DNA of 64,000 nt, from assembly GCA_035285595.1 (NCBI GenBank), contig JAYKGV010000061.1, forward strand, positions 6,874-70,873. The letters run 5' to 3'. The notes beneath the pieces are model-generated. The model saw only the letters and a program-made list of their open reading frames with translations, did not search any database and was not told the DNA's origin. This DNA comes from Candidatus Sericytochromatia bacterium (lineage in GTDB: Bacteria; Cyanobacteriota; Sericytochromatia; S15B-MN24; VGJW01). Of this stretch, positions 28,162 to 37,138 are shown in pieces. Positions within the stretch are counted from its first letter, which is position 1. Each line of letters begins with the position of its first letter. The translations under genes were made by a program, and so were the position numbers.

Positions 28162-29654
28162 CGGGGAGCCTTTGCGGTATCCTGGCCGAGCATGCTCGCG
28201 AGCGGCCGCAGGCACCGGCGCTGTTCGTGCCGGTCGGCCGAGGAGGGCGGCAGCATAGGCGGGTGACCTTCGGGGAGCTGGCCGCGTCCGTGCGCCGGCG
28301 GGCGGAGTGGTTGCAGCACCGGGGCGTCAGGCCGGGTGACCGAGTCCTGCTGTTCATACCGATGTCCGAGGAACTCTATGTCTGGTTGCTCGCCTTGTGG
28401 TGGGTGGGCGGAGTGGGTGTGTTCCTGGATCCGTGGATGGGCTTTCGGGCACTTGCCGAGGCCATCGAGCGGACGAGCCCCGTGGCGATGGTCCTGCCGC
28501 CTTGGGGACGTATGCTTCGTCATGTCCTGCCTGTTTGGCGAAAGGTGCCAGCGTGCTGGCCGACCGGGGAGCCGCTGCCGGTCAGGGATTCGGTGAGTTC
28601 CCTGCCCTTTCCTGCACCCGAAGGACACCCGGCGCTCGTGACGTTCACCACGGGCAGTTCGGGCCGCCCCAAGGGCGCGGTGCGGTCCCACGGTGTCTTG
28701 CTGGCCCAACACCAGCTGCTCTCCCGGGAGCTGGGAGATGGCCCGGGGGATGTGGCGATGGCCACCCTGCCCATTTTTACCCTCCATCATCTCGCGGCCG
28801 GAGCGGCGGCCATTTTGCCTTTGCGCCATCGTCTGGCGGGTGACGAGCAGGGCGCGGCAGCTGCTTGGAGGCAGATGGCTGCCCTCGGGGCGACCTTGGT
28901 CGTCGTTTCGCCGGCGTTGCTGCGTTCGTGGTTGGAATTGAACCAGACCTTGCCGGGCTTGCGGGCCGTGTTCGTGGGAGGCGGGGGTGTCGACCCGGAG
29001 TTGCCTATTCGGGCGGCGAAGGTTTTTCCTGCTGCCCGCGTGGCCATTGGCTACGGGTCGACAGAGGCCGAACCTGTGTCCATGGCCAGAGGAGATGGCC
29101 CCAGCCACGCGGAGGCACGTGAGCGTACCCTGGCCGGCGAAGGCCTTTGCGTCGGGTGCCCGGTACCGGGGGTCGAGATCCGCTTGCGCGAAGACGGCGA
29201 GGTGCTTGTTGCCGGACCCCATGTCGTGACCGAGTATTGGGGCGTCGACGGCTTGCCCCCTGGTAAGTCCCGGGATGGGGCGGGGAACTTATGGCACGCG
29301 ATGGGCGACGTGGCCCGTCAGGACCCTGACGGATGTCTGTGGTTGCTGGGGCGGACCGGAGACCCGGTGCTCCCCCAGGGCAGCGTGCGGCACGCGCTGG
29401 CCCTCGAATCTCTCGTCACGTGCCGGGGCTGGTCGAGGGGGGCTGCGCTCGTTGCGCTGCAGGGTCGGCCTATCCTGGCCGTCGAAGGCGGGGTGGAACC
29501 GGTCTTGCGCGAGGGCTTGGCGGAGCTTGGACTCTCCGACCTTGCCGTGGTGGCGGTTCGTCGGATCCCAAGGGATCCAAGACACCGGACCAAGGTCGAT
29601 CGGGTGGCCCTGCTGCGGCAGTTGGCACGCAAAGGGTACACTTGGACCCCATGA
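28158..29654 (+). CDS. Adenylate-forming enzyme (acyl-CoA synthetase / fatty acyl-AMP ligase family)
   Basis: AMP-binding P-loop TFTTGSSGRPKGA and YGSTE motif. Start assumed at TTG 28158 overlapping the GNAT stop (TTGA). The ORF-track version extends upstream in-frame. Confidence 0.75.
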   Translation: MTGSLCGILAEHARERPQAPALFVPVGRGGRQHRRVTFGELAASVRRRAEWLQHRGVRPGDRVLLFIPMSEELYVWLLALWWVGGVGVFLDPWMGFRALAEAIERTSPVAMVLPPWGRMLRHVLPVWRKVPACWPTGEPLPVRDSVSSLPFPAPEGHPALVTFTTGSSGRPKGAVRSHGVLLAQHQLLSRELGDGPGDVAMATLPIFTLHHLAAGAAAILPLRHRLAGDEQGAAAAWRQMAALGATLVVVSPALLRSWLELNQTLPGLRAVFVGGGGVDPELPIRAAKVFPAARVAIGYGSTEAEPVSMARGDGPSHAEARERTLAGEGLCVGCPVPGVEIRLREDGEVLVAGPHVVTEYWGVDGLPPGKSRDGAGNLWHAMGDVARQDPDGCLWLLGRTGDPVLPQGSVRHALALESLVTCRGWSRGAALVALQGRPILAVEGGVEPVLREGLAELGLSDLAVVAVRRIPRDPRHRTKVDRVALLRQLARKGYTWTP

Positions 29655-30226
29655 ATGCGCTTTCTCGTTTCGGCATCCTGGCCGCGGCCCTTATGGCGGT
29701 TCCCTTCGTCGGCCTCGCGCTCGCAGGACTCCTGGGTCCCAAGGTCGTCACACGCTCCTCGGAGCGGGTCATCGAGGCTCCCCCGTCCAAGGTCTGGCTG
29801 GCCATCACCTCATGGGACCTCTGGGCCGCCAAAGGGGACCCGATGATGCCTGCTGTCGGCACCCGTTCCGTCTCGCCGGCCACCGGCAGCCCGGAGGTCA
29901 TCCGGTATGCGATTGGCGCACAGGGCCAGACCTGGGAGCAGGAGGTTGCGGCATGGGAGCCCGAGCGTGTCTATGCCTTCCGAAATCGGCCCAAGGTAGG
30001 AGCGCCCTCTGCTCCCATGTTGATGCGCTTCGATCTGGAACCTGTCGGCACGGCGTCCGTGAAGGTTCGCTTCGCAACTCGGCTGGAGCCCAAGACCTTC
30101 CTCGATCGTTCCTTCGGGGTGGTTTTCGGTCTGGGTATCGGGACCCTCGAGGGCTATCAACGCGCCTTGCTCGATGGACTGGAAGGTTGGGCCGAGGGCA
30201 AGCCGGCTTCAGGCTCCGCCAGCTGA
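29651..30226 (+). CDS. SRPBCC-fold (polyketide cyclase/START-like) protein with N-terminal hydrophobic segment
   Basis: MNALSRFGILAAALMAVPFVGLALAG TM/signal segment followed by an SRPBCC-like pattern (VIEAPPSKVWLAITSWD...). The ATG overlaps the ligase stop (ATGA). Confidence 0.55.
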   Translation: MNALSRFGILAAALMAVPFVGLALAGLLGPKVVTRSSERVIEAPPSKVWLAITSWDLWAAKGDPMMPAVGTRSVSPATGSPEVIRYAIGAQGQTWEQEVAAWEPERVYAFRNRPKVGAPSAPMLMRFDLEPVGTASVKVRFATRLEPKTFLDRSFGVVFGLGIGTLEGYQRALLDGLEGWAEGKPASGSAS

Positions 30227-30229
30227 CGC

Positions 30230-30637
30230 TCAATCGGTCGAGACCGGGCTGTCCCACGGGACGGGCCGCCCATCCGGCCCGATGGTCACGAAAATGGCCT
30301 CCGCCGTGGTGACCACGACGGGATCCGCATCACGGCCCCTGCGTCGTGCTTCGACCCTGATACCTATCGTCAGGCTTGTCCGGCCTCGATGCTCGAGCCG
30401 AGTATAGAAACTGACGGTGTCTCCCACGTGGACCGGTTGTTCGAACTTGACCTCTCGCAGGGCGACCGTCACGAAGCGATGATCCGTGTGGCGACCTGCC
30501 TCGACGGCCGCGGCGAGGTCCAAGTGGGATAGGATCACCCCCCCGAAGATCGTCCCGTGCTCGTTGGTGTCCTTGGGCAAGAGCAGGACGCGAATCGAAG
30601 GTTCCTGGGGCCAGGTGTCAGGTTGAGCGGTCAACAT
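30230..30637 (-). CDS. Hotdog-fold acyl-CoA thioesterase
   Basis: LLPKDTNEHGTIFGGVILSHLD...VHVGDTV is typical of YciA/4HBT-like thioesterases. Convergent with the SRPBCC gene; the stops are 3 nt apart. Confidence 0.75.
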   Translation of the reverse strand: MLTAQPDTWPQEPSIRVLLLPKDTNEHGTIFGGVILSHLDLAAAVEAGRHTDHRFVTVALREVKFEQPVHVGDTVSFYTRLEHRGRTSLTIGIRVEARRRGRDADPVVVTTAEAIFVTIGPDGRPVPWDSPVSTD

Positions 30638-30717
30638 CAGCGGGTGGTTTCCGTGAGAATGGAGGCAGGAACGCGGGACTTGTGTTAAGTATAGATGAGT
30701 AAGGCGTTATCACAGGT

Positions 30718-32010
30718 TTGTCGAGGCGCGGCATGTATAGGCATTTCACAGGCATCGCCACGTTGCTGGCGCTCTTTGCCTGCGGTCGTCTGCCCGGCAC
30801 CCTTCCTGCCGCCGCCGGCTCTCGCACCAGTTCCGCACAGGCTGTCGAAGGGGAGGTCGTGGTGCGGCTTGCCGAAGGCGCTTCGTTGCCTGCGGGCTGG
30901 GTCGTGCGGCGCCGGATGGAGGGTCTGGGCGCCGTCGTTGCGGCTCTTCCTGGCGGCATGGGCGTGCAATCGGCCGTGGACAGCCTTGGACGACACGCTG
31001 GGGTCTTGTGGGCCGAGCCCAACGTGCGGTTCGACTTGCCTGATCCGCTGCCAGCACGTTCGATTTCCCTTCCGGGATTTTCCGTTCGTAACGAGGAGCC
31101 GAACCTCTGGCACTTTTTGCGGATCCAGACGCGGGAAGCCTGGAGTACGACCAAGGGAAGGGGCGTCCTCGTCGCGGTGGTCGACACCGGCATCGACGCG
31201 GCCCATCCCGCGTTCCTGGGCCGCGTCCTGCCGGGTTACGATTCGCTCGATCGGGACAATGATGCCCGCGATGACAACGGCCACGGCACCCACGTGGCGG
31301 GTATCATCGCTGCGCAGACGTCCGACATGACGTTGCTTGGCGTCGCTCCCGAGGCACGCATCCTTCCGGTCCGGGCGCTCGGTGATCGCGGCGGGACCGC
31401 CGAATCGGTGGCGACTGGCATCCAGTGGGCCGTCGGTCGGGGGGCGCAGGTCATCAACCTGAGTCTAGGGTCTCCGGTCCGCTCACGTCTGATCGAGGAT
31501 GCCATCCGCGGGGCCCTTGACCGAGGCGTGGTGGTGGTCGCTGCGATGGGCAACGCCGGCGACCGGGGCAATCCGCGCATATTCCCGGCCAGCTTGCCGG
31601 GGGTGGTGGCTGTGGGCGCAACGGATCCGCTCGATCGCAGGACCCCGTGGTCGTGCTTCGGTCGCTGGCAGTCGCTTTCGGCTCCGGGGTTCGGTATCTG
31701 GTCCACGTTTCCGACCTATGAGACGTCGCTCGTCCGCTTTGCCCGCGAAAATCCGGCGGCTTTTCCTCCCGAAAATCGCGTCGACACTTTTGCGGCCGCA
31801 TTGTCCGGAACGAGCCAGTCGGCCCCTGTCGTAGCGGGCATCGTCGCTTTGGTGCGCTCGGTGGCACCGGAGTTGGCACCTTCCCAGGTGAACAAGGTCT
31901 TGCAGGCCACGGCGCGCGACCTCGGTGCACCGGGCTTCGACAGTTATCATGGGCACGGGCTGGTCCAGGCGGCGTCCGCGCTCAGGACGGTACGCGCGAC
32001 CCAGCCCTGA
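30718..32010 (+). CDS. Subtilisin-like serine peptidase (S8), secreted
   Basis: Signal peptide, then catalytic triad motifs VAVVDTGID, HGTHVAGIIAA and GTSQSAPVVAG. Confidence 0.9.
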   Translation: MSRRGMYRHFTGIATLLALFACGRLPGTLPAAAGSRTSSAQAVEGEVVVRLAEGASLPAGWVVRRRMEGLGAVVAALPGGMGVQSAVDSLGRHAGVLWAEPNVRFDLPDPLPARSISLPGFSVRNEEPNLWHFLRIQTREAWSTTKGRGVLVAVVDTGIDAAHPAFLGRVLPGYDSLDRDNDARDDNGHGTHVAGIIAAQTSDMTLLGVAPEARILPVRALGDRGGTAESVATGIQWAVGRGAQVINLSLGSPVRSRLIEDAIRGALDRGVVVVAAMGNAGDRGNPRIFPASLPGVVAVGATDPLDRRTPWSCFGRWQSLSAPGFGIWSTFPTYETSLVRFARENPAAFPPENRVDTFAAALSGTSQSAPVVAGIVALVRSVAPELAPSQVNKVLQATARDLGAPGFDSYHGHGLVQAASALRTVRATQP

Positions 32011-32027
32011 GGGATGTCCCCTGGGCC

Positions 32028-33248
32028 ATGATCTTCCTGTCGCAGTACCTTAATCGCCCCGTGAGGGGGGTCGCCGGTGCGCGTCTGGGGGTCTTGAGAG
32101 ATGTGACCTTCACGGAGGATGGGGATTTTCCGGTTTTGACCGGACTCGTGGTCAGTCGTGGCAGACGACGGGTCGTGGTGCCATGGTCCGATGTCGATCG
32201 GTGTACGCTCGACACCTTTGTGCTGCGGGGTACGGGACCGTGGCCCGAGGTGGCTGGAGTGGACCGACTTCTTGCCTTGGACGTCATGGACAGTCAGGTC
32301 GTTGATATCGACGGGGCCCACGTCGTACGGGTCAATGACCTCCAGCTCGCGTGGCAAGGCACGCGCCTGCGTGTGGTGGGCGTCGATATCGGGCCGTGGG
32401 GACTTGCCAGAAGACTTGGATGGGCGCCTGCCTTGGCGTGGGTCAGCAGGACCCTTCGCTGGCAGCCACCGGAAGGCCTGATCCGTTGGGACACGGTGGA
32501 ACCGGTGGACAAGCAGACCTCCACCGTGCGGCTTCGGGTCTCCAGCGACCGGCTCGCGCGCCTGCACCCGGCCGACCTCGCGGACATCGTGGCCGAGCTG
32601 GGCCACGAACAACGCAGTCACGTGCTCGAGCGGCTGGATGATGCTCAGCTGGCAGACATCATGGAGGAGGCGAGTCCGGAGTTGCAAAGCGCCATCCTGG
32701 ACAATCTTGACGAGGATCGAGCGGCGGATGTCCTTGAAGAGATGGAGCCCGATGAGGCCGCCGACCTGCTCTCCGAATTGAGTGAAGACCGCGCACGGGA
32801 TCTCATCGGTCGCATGGATGCGGAAGATGCGAGTGACGTCCGGAATCTTCTGGCTTATCAGGAAGGCACCGTAGGAGCCTTGATGACGACCAGCTACTTG
32901 GAGATACCTGCAAGCTGGACGGTAGGGCGGGCCTTGGATTGGGTTCGTCGCGAGGGTGCCGACGACGAGTTGTGCAGTTATCTCTATGCGGTCGACGAAG
33001 CGGGCATCCTGACCGGTGTCCTGTCGTTCCGGCACCTGGTCCTTGCCACGGCCGACGCACCCGTGACTGGCCTTTTCCCGGATCACCTCGTCACGGTGGG
33101 TGTCTTGGAGCCTGCACGCGCGGCCCTTGAGAAACTCTTTCACTACAATCTGCTGGCCGTGCCGGTGACTCGCGAAGACGGACGCTTGCTCGGCGTGGTC
33201 GGCATTCTGGATGCCTTGGCACTCGTCCACGAACCGGAGGAGGACTGA
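32028..33248 (+). CDS. PRC-barrel + MgtE N-terminal domain + tandem CBS domain protein (soluble MgtE-like sensor)
   Basis: N-terminal PRC-barrel-like region, an acidic helical MgtE_N region (LDEDRAADVLEEMEPDEAADLLSEL), then a CBS pair. No TM domain. Confidence 0.7.
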   Translation: MIFLSQYLNRPVRGVAGARLGVLRDVTFTEDGDFPVLTGLVVSRGRRRVVVPWSDVDRCTLDTFVLRGTGPWPEVAGVDRLLALDVMDSQVVDIDGAHVVRVNDLQLAWQGTRLRVVGVDIGPWGLARRLGWAPALAWVSRTLRWQPPEGLIRWDTVEPVDKQTSTVRLRVSSDRLARLHPADLADIVAELGHEQRSHVLERLDDAQLADIMEEASPELQSAILDNLDEDRAADVLEEMEPDEAADLLSELSEDRARDLIGRMDAEDASDVRNLLAYQEGTVGALMTTSYLEIPASWTVGRALDWVRREGADDELCSYLYAVDEAGILTGVLSFRHLVLATADAPVTGLFPDHLVTVGVLEPARAALEKLFHYNLLAVPVTREDGRLLGVVGILDALALVHEPEED

Positions 33249-34576
33249 TGCCGGGCACCGGTAAGCTGCACGCTTCCGAGGCCGAAGCAGACGCTCTCGT
33301 CACCATTCGTTTCAACAAGCGACGATGGCTGTTGCTGCTGGGGACCCTGGGGCCAGGTATCCTTGCCTCGAGCGCGGGCAATGACGCGGGTGGCATCGCG
33401 ACCTATGCCACGGCGGGCGCACGATATGGTTACGGTCTCCTGTGGGCCTTGCTGCTCATCACCGTGGCGTTGGCCATGATTCAGGAAATGGCTACGCGGA
33501 TGGGGGCGGTGACGGGCAAGGGCCTGTCCTCACTCATCCGCGAACGCTTCGGCTTGCGGGCGACAGTCTTCGCCATGGGCTGCCTCCTCGTGGCGAATGT
33601 GGCCACGACGCTGGCCGATTTTGCCGGCGTGGCGGCCGCCGCAGAACTCTTCGGCGTCCCACGATGGGTGGCGGTGCCGCTGGCGGGCGTCGGCCTGTGG
33701 TGGTTGGTCGCGCGAGGGAGCTTTGCCCGGGTCGAACGTACCTTCATGGCACTGGCGTTGGTGTTCCTGACCTATGTCGCGGCCGCCTTCCTGGCGCGTC
33801 CGGATTGGACGGAGGTTCTGCGAAGCCTCGTGGTACCCCGGGTTCCCGCCACTCCCCCCGGCCTCGCTTTCCGTGACCACCTTCAGGGCTACTTGCTTGT
33901 GCTGATCGCCACCATCGGCACCACCATCACTCCGTGGATGCAATTCTTCCTGCAGGCGACCGTCGTCGACAAGGGTGTGACCATCCGGCAGTACGGATTT
34001 GCGCGCTTTGATGCTTTTTTCGGGGCCTTCACTGCAGATTTGGTCTCGTTCTTCATCATCGTGGCGACGGCTTCCGCCCTGTTCTATCCCGAGATGCTGC
34101 CGCATCCCCTCGAGGATGCCGCTGCGGCGGCCTCTGCGTTGGTGCCCGTGGCGGGCCCCCACGCCGGTTGGCTCTTCGGGGCTGGCTTGCTCGGGGCCTC
34201 GTTGCTTGCGGCCTCTGTCGTGCCGTTGGCCACGGCCTATGCCGTCTGCGAGGCCTTCGGCTTCGAGGCCGGACTGGGCAAGGACTTTCGTCGTGCCCCG
34301 GTCTTTCTCGGCCTCTACACCTTGCTCATCGGGGTCGGGGCATGCGTCGCGATGTGGCCCGGCCTTCCCCTTCTGGCCGTGATGCTCGTTGCCCAGGACA
34401 TCAATGGAATCCTTTTGCCCGTCATCCTCGTCTACATGCTGGGACTGGTGAACGACCGTCGCCTCATGGGGCCTCATGTCAACGGCGTGGTCTACAATGC
34501 GGTGGTTTGGGGGATGGTGATTCTGGTGTCCTTGCTGACGGCCACCATGGTGGTGACCAGTTTCTGGCCCGTGTGA
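33248..34576 (+). CDS. Nramp-family (SLC11) transporter with non-canonical metal site; NRMT-like
   Basis: LeuT-fold Nramp topology. TM1 motif reads ...SAGNDAGGIATY (DAGG in place of DPGN). TM6 reads IGTTITPWMQFF (TPW in place of MPH). The ATG overlaps the upstream stop (TGATG). Confidence 0.7.
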   Translation: MPGTGKLHASEAEADALVTIRFNKRRWLLLLGTLGPGILASSAGNDAGGIATYATAGARYGYGLLWALLLITVALAMIQEMATRMGAVTGKGLSSLIRERFGLRATVFAMGCLLVANVATTLADFAGVAAAAELFGVPRWVAVPLAGVGLWWLVARGSFARVERTFMALALVFLTYVAAAFLARPDWTEVLRSLVVPRVPATPPGLAFRDHLQGYLLVLIATIGTTITPWMQFFLQATVVDKGVTIRQYGFARFDAFFGAFTADLVSFFIIVATASALFYPEMLPHPLEDAAAAASALVPVAGPHAGWLFGAGLLGASLLAASVVPLATAYAVCEAFGFEAGLGKDFRRAPVFLGLYTLLIGVGACVAMWPGLPLLAVMLVAQDINGILLPVILVYMLGLVNDRRLMGPHVNGVVYNAVVWGMVILVSLLTATMVVTSFWPV

Positions 34577-34590
34577 CGGAGGAGGCGAAT

Positions 34591-35433
34591 ATGAACCGGC
34601 GAGCCGTGGCGGTCGTGATGGCTGCTGCCCTGCTTGCGGGCTGCGGGGGCGAAAGCCGCACGTCCGATGAAGGTGATCGATACGTGTCTGCACAGGTGTC
34701 CGGGGACAAGGACGCCATTAACCTTGACGCCGTCCACGAAGCCTTCTTCAAGACGCAGGGGAAGGATTTCGATGGTTGGATGCAGGCGTTCGAGAAGCGC
34801 GTGAACGAGATCCATGAGGGGGAAGGGGTCGTGGCCATCGATGCCCGGCGCAAGGACGGCATGGTGAAGGTCACCGGCTACCTTGACGAGGACAGCCAAC
34901 CTGGATTCGACGAGCGCGGCGATCGGAAGCTTTTTGCCTTGGAGCAGACAGGGGCTGCGGAGGGGGCGAAGGGCTTTCCCTACCAGGTGACCGGAGCTCA
35001 GGGACAGCCCTTTTTTCAGGGCTATCCGCCCCCGCAGTATCACTCGGGAAGTCTGCTTGACAACCCATTCGTGCAGTTCATGGTCCTGAATCAGATCTTC
35101 AATGGCGGGTTCGGCTACAACACGCCTTGGCGGCGAACCACCGTTCTGCGCAACCATCGGGACACGTTCCGTTCGTCCCCTTCGTGGCGCCAGCAGACCG
35201 CCCGCAACAAGGGTTTCGTCTCCCGCTGGTTCGGAAAGAAGGAGCCGGTCACCAGCCGACGCGGCTTCGGGTCCTGGGGCTCCGGGACGTCCACGAAGAG
35301 GTCCGGTTCGGCAAGCAGCCGGCGTAGCTGGTTCGGAGGCTCCGGCGGAACCGGATCTTCGTGGGGTGGGCGTCGGTCCTCGGGATACTCGGGTGGCGGG
35401 GCTCGGCGGAGCTGGGGTGGTCGCCGTCGATAG
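34591..35433 (+). CDS. Lipoprotein with C-terminal Gly/Ser/Arg/Trp-rich low-complexity tail
   Basis: GGAGG RBS 6 nt upstream of ATG 34591. Signal peptide with lipobox LLAGC. The tail reads ...SWFGGSGGTGSSWGGRRSSGYSGGGARRSWGGRRR. The ORF-track version starts inside the Nramp gene in another frame. Confidence 0.6.
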   Translation: MNRRAVAVVMAAALLAGCGGESRTSDEGDRYVSAQVSGDKDAINLDAVHEAFFKTQGKDFDGWMQAFEKRVNEIHEGEGVVAIDARRKDGMVKVTGYLDEDSQPGFDERGDRKLFALEQTGAAEGAKGFPYQVTGAQGQPFFQGYPPPQYHSGSLLDNPFVQFMVLNQIFNGGFGYNTPWRRTTVLRNHRDTFRSSPSWRQQTARNKGFVSRWFGKKEPVTSRRGFGSWGSGTSTKRSGSASSRRSWFGGSGGTGSSWGGRRSSGYSGGGARRSWGGRRR

Positions 35434-35455
35434 TCCTTGAAAAGGGGGAGACACT

Positions 35456-36409
35456 TTGTCACGCTTGCCAACGCTTGTCTGGACCGAACCAGCCGAGGGC
35501 TTGAGGCTCACCTTGGTGTTGTCTCCGGCCGAACTGCAGGGCACGGCGGCCGACCTGGTTTTCGGCGTCCTGGGCGAACCGGAGGAGGCGACGCGGCGGT
35601 TCGGCCTCGATGCTGATCGTTCCGTGGTGCTCCGTACATTGCACGAACGCGTGTTCAGCCGCGAGGGGAGCGAGCTCGAGATTCGAGAGGGCATTGAGAT
35701 CCTGGCGGGGGAAGAGCCCCTTGATCCCGATGCGCTGGTGAAGGGCCTGTTCGATGAGGCCCAGGGCCCAGTCGTTCTGACGTTGCGATCCGATGACGAG
35801 GCCTCGCGGCGGGCCCGCCACATGCAGGCCTATGGCTTGATGGGGCTGGTGTGGGCCTGTCGCGATGAGGGCCTCGCCCTTCCGGCCGATCGGACCGAAG
35901 CGATGCGGTCTTTGTTGCTGGAAGCCGAACGGCGCGACCTGCTCCGCTTGGAAGCCGCCAAACATCGATTTGTCCTGACTGAAACCGGCCGGCGCATGGC
36001 GGAAGGGCTTGCCCGTGAAGCCGCCGATCTGGTGGAACGCTTTGACGTCTTCGGTGATGTCGAGGGTCTCGGCGGGGGAACTCTCCGCTTCCACACGGGT
36101 CACGGGGTAGATCTTCGGGTGCCCATGTGGGAACGGGCGGGCGTCGAGCCCTTCCGCGCGAGGTTCCTGCTGGGTTTGCATGATGGCGAGTTCGAGCAGG
36201 AGCCGGATTTCCCGCTGGTGCTCCTTCGGCCTTCCTGGTATGGCCGGATTTTCAATGTGGTGGAGGAAGCCCACCATCCCGACGACCTGCCCCACGGGGC
36301 GTTGGACAGGGTGGCTGCTGCGGCGGCTGACGAGGGTCTGGTGGAGGAGACGGTCGTGACCCACGGGGGAGGCATCTCACCCTGGTGGTGGGCCTTGCTG
36401 CTGCTATGA
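35456..36409 (+). CDS. Hypothetical protein
   Basis: 317-aa ORF, acidic, with no recognisable motif. Protein-like composition. Confidence 0.5.
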   Translation: MSRLPTLVWTEPAEGLRLTLVLSPAELQGTAADLVFGVLGEPEEATRRFGLDADRSVVLRTLHERVFSREGSELEIREGIEILAGEEPLDPDALVKGLFDEAQGPVVLTLRSDDEASRRARHMQAYGLMGLVWACRDEGLALPADRTEAMRSLLLEAERRDLLRLEAAKHRFVLTETGRRMAEGLAREAADLVERFDVFGDVEGLGGGTLRFHTGHGVDLRVPMWERAGVEPFRARFLLGLHDGEFEQEPDFPLVLLRPSWYGRIFNVVEEAHHPDDLPHGALDRVAAAAADEGLVEETVVTHGGGISPWWWALLLL

Positions 36410-36453
36410 GGCAACGCCGACACGGGTACAGTCCTTCAGGAGGATGCCTGCCC

Positions 36454-37071
36454 GTGAACCGATGGTCGAACCGCCTGACGGGTCTCGTGCTCGTCTTGGC
36501 CATGTTTTTGGGCAACGTTGCCCCGGCTAGCGCCGAGGAGTCTCAGGGCGCGGTGTTCGTACCCTATGCCTTCGAGATGGTGGACTTCACCGAGGCCGAT
36601 CCCAGTTCCGATGCCTCCTTTCTTCCCAGCAAGGGGACCCTGTCGTCAGCAAGAGATGCAACGACCAAGCATCTCGTATTGGTCACGGTCCGGATCACCA
36701 ACCTGAACGATCTTGACGCGGGCGAGGGACGCAAGTTCGAAGCTGCAGAGTTCACGCTCGAAGGGGTCAATGGCGGAGTACATCGTCCACACCCCTACTC
36801 GCGTGCGACCACGAGGGTGCGGGCCAAGCCCGGAGAGACCGTGCAGATGACCATGGGGTTCTACATTCCAGCGGGTCGATATGTTCTGGTCTTCAGGGAT
36901 CCTGACATCGATGGCAAGATTGTCGAGGCTGAAATCGGCCCTCCCTTGCAGGTGGACGACGATACCCAGACGGCCGTGCTCTGGGGCGTGGGTAACTTCC
37001 TGCTGGCAGGTGCCATGGTCGCCCTGCCCGTCGTGGCGGCCCTGCTGCGGACCAACTCGCTTTTCCGCTAG
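36454..37071 (+). CDS. Hypothetical secreted protein with C-terminal TM anchor
   Basis: Start placed at GTG 36454 (GGAGG 10 nt upstream), giving the signal peptide VNRWSNRLTGLVLVLAMFLGNVAPASA|EE. C-terminal hydrophobic helix present. Start uncertain. Confidence 0.45.
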   Translation: MNRWSNRLTGLVLVLAMFLGNVAPASAEESQGAVFVPYAFEMVDFTEADPSSDASFLPSKGTLSSARDATTKHLVLVTVRITNLNDLDAGEGRKFEAAEFTLEGVNGGVHRPHPYSRATTRVRAKPGETVQMTMGFYIPAGRYVLVFRDPDIDGKIVEAEIGPPLQVDDDTQTAVLWGVGNFLLAGAMVALPVVAALLRTNSLFR

Positions 37072-37138
37072 GACGCACCGTGACGCTTCGCAACGCGCCG
37101 GCGGCCTCCCGAACGGCTTCTTCCAGCCCGCAGAGATC

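Noticed and set aside
30660-30717. AT-richer stretch (gtgttaagtatagatgagtaaggcgttatcacagg) upstream of the S8 protease gene, considered as a sigma70-type promoter.
   Set aside because: No convincing -35/-10 hexamer pair with proper spacing. Promoter consensus in this lineage is unknown. Not reported as a feature.
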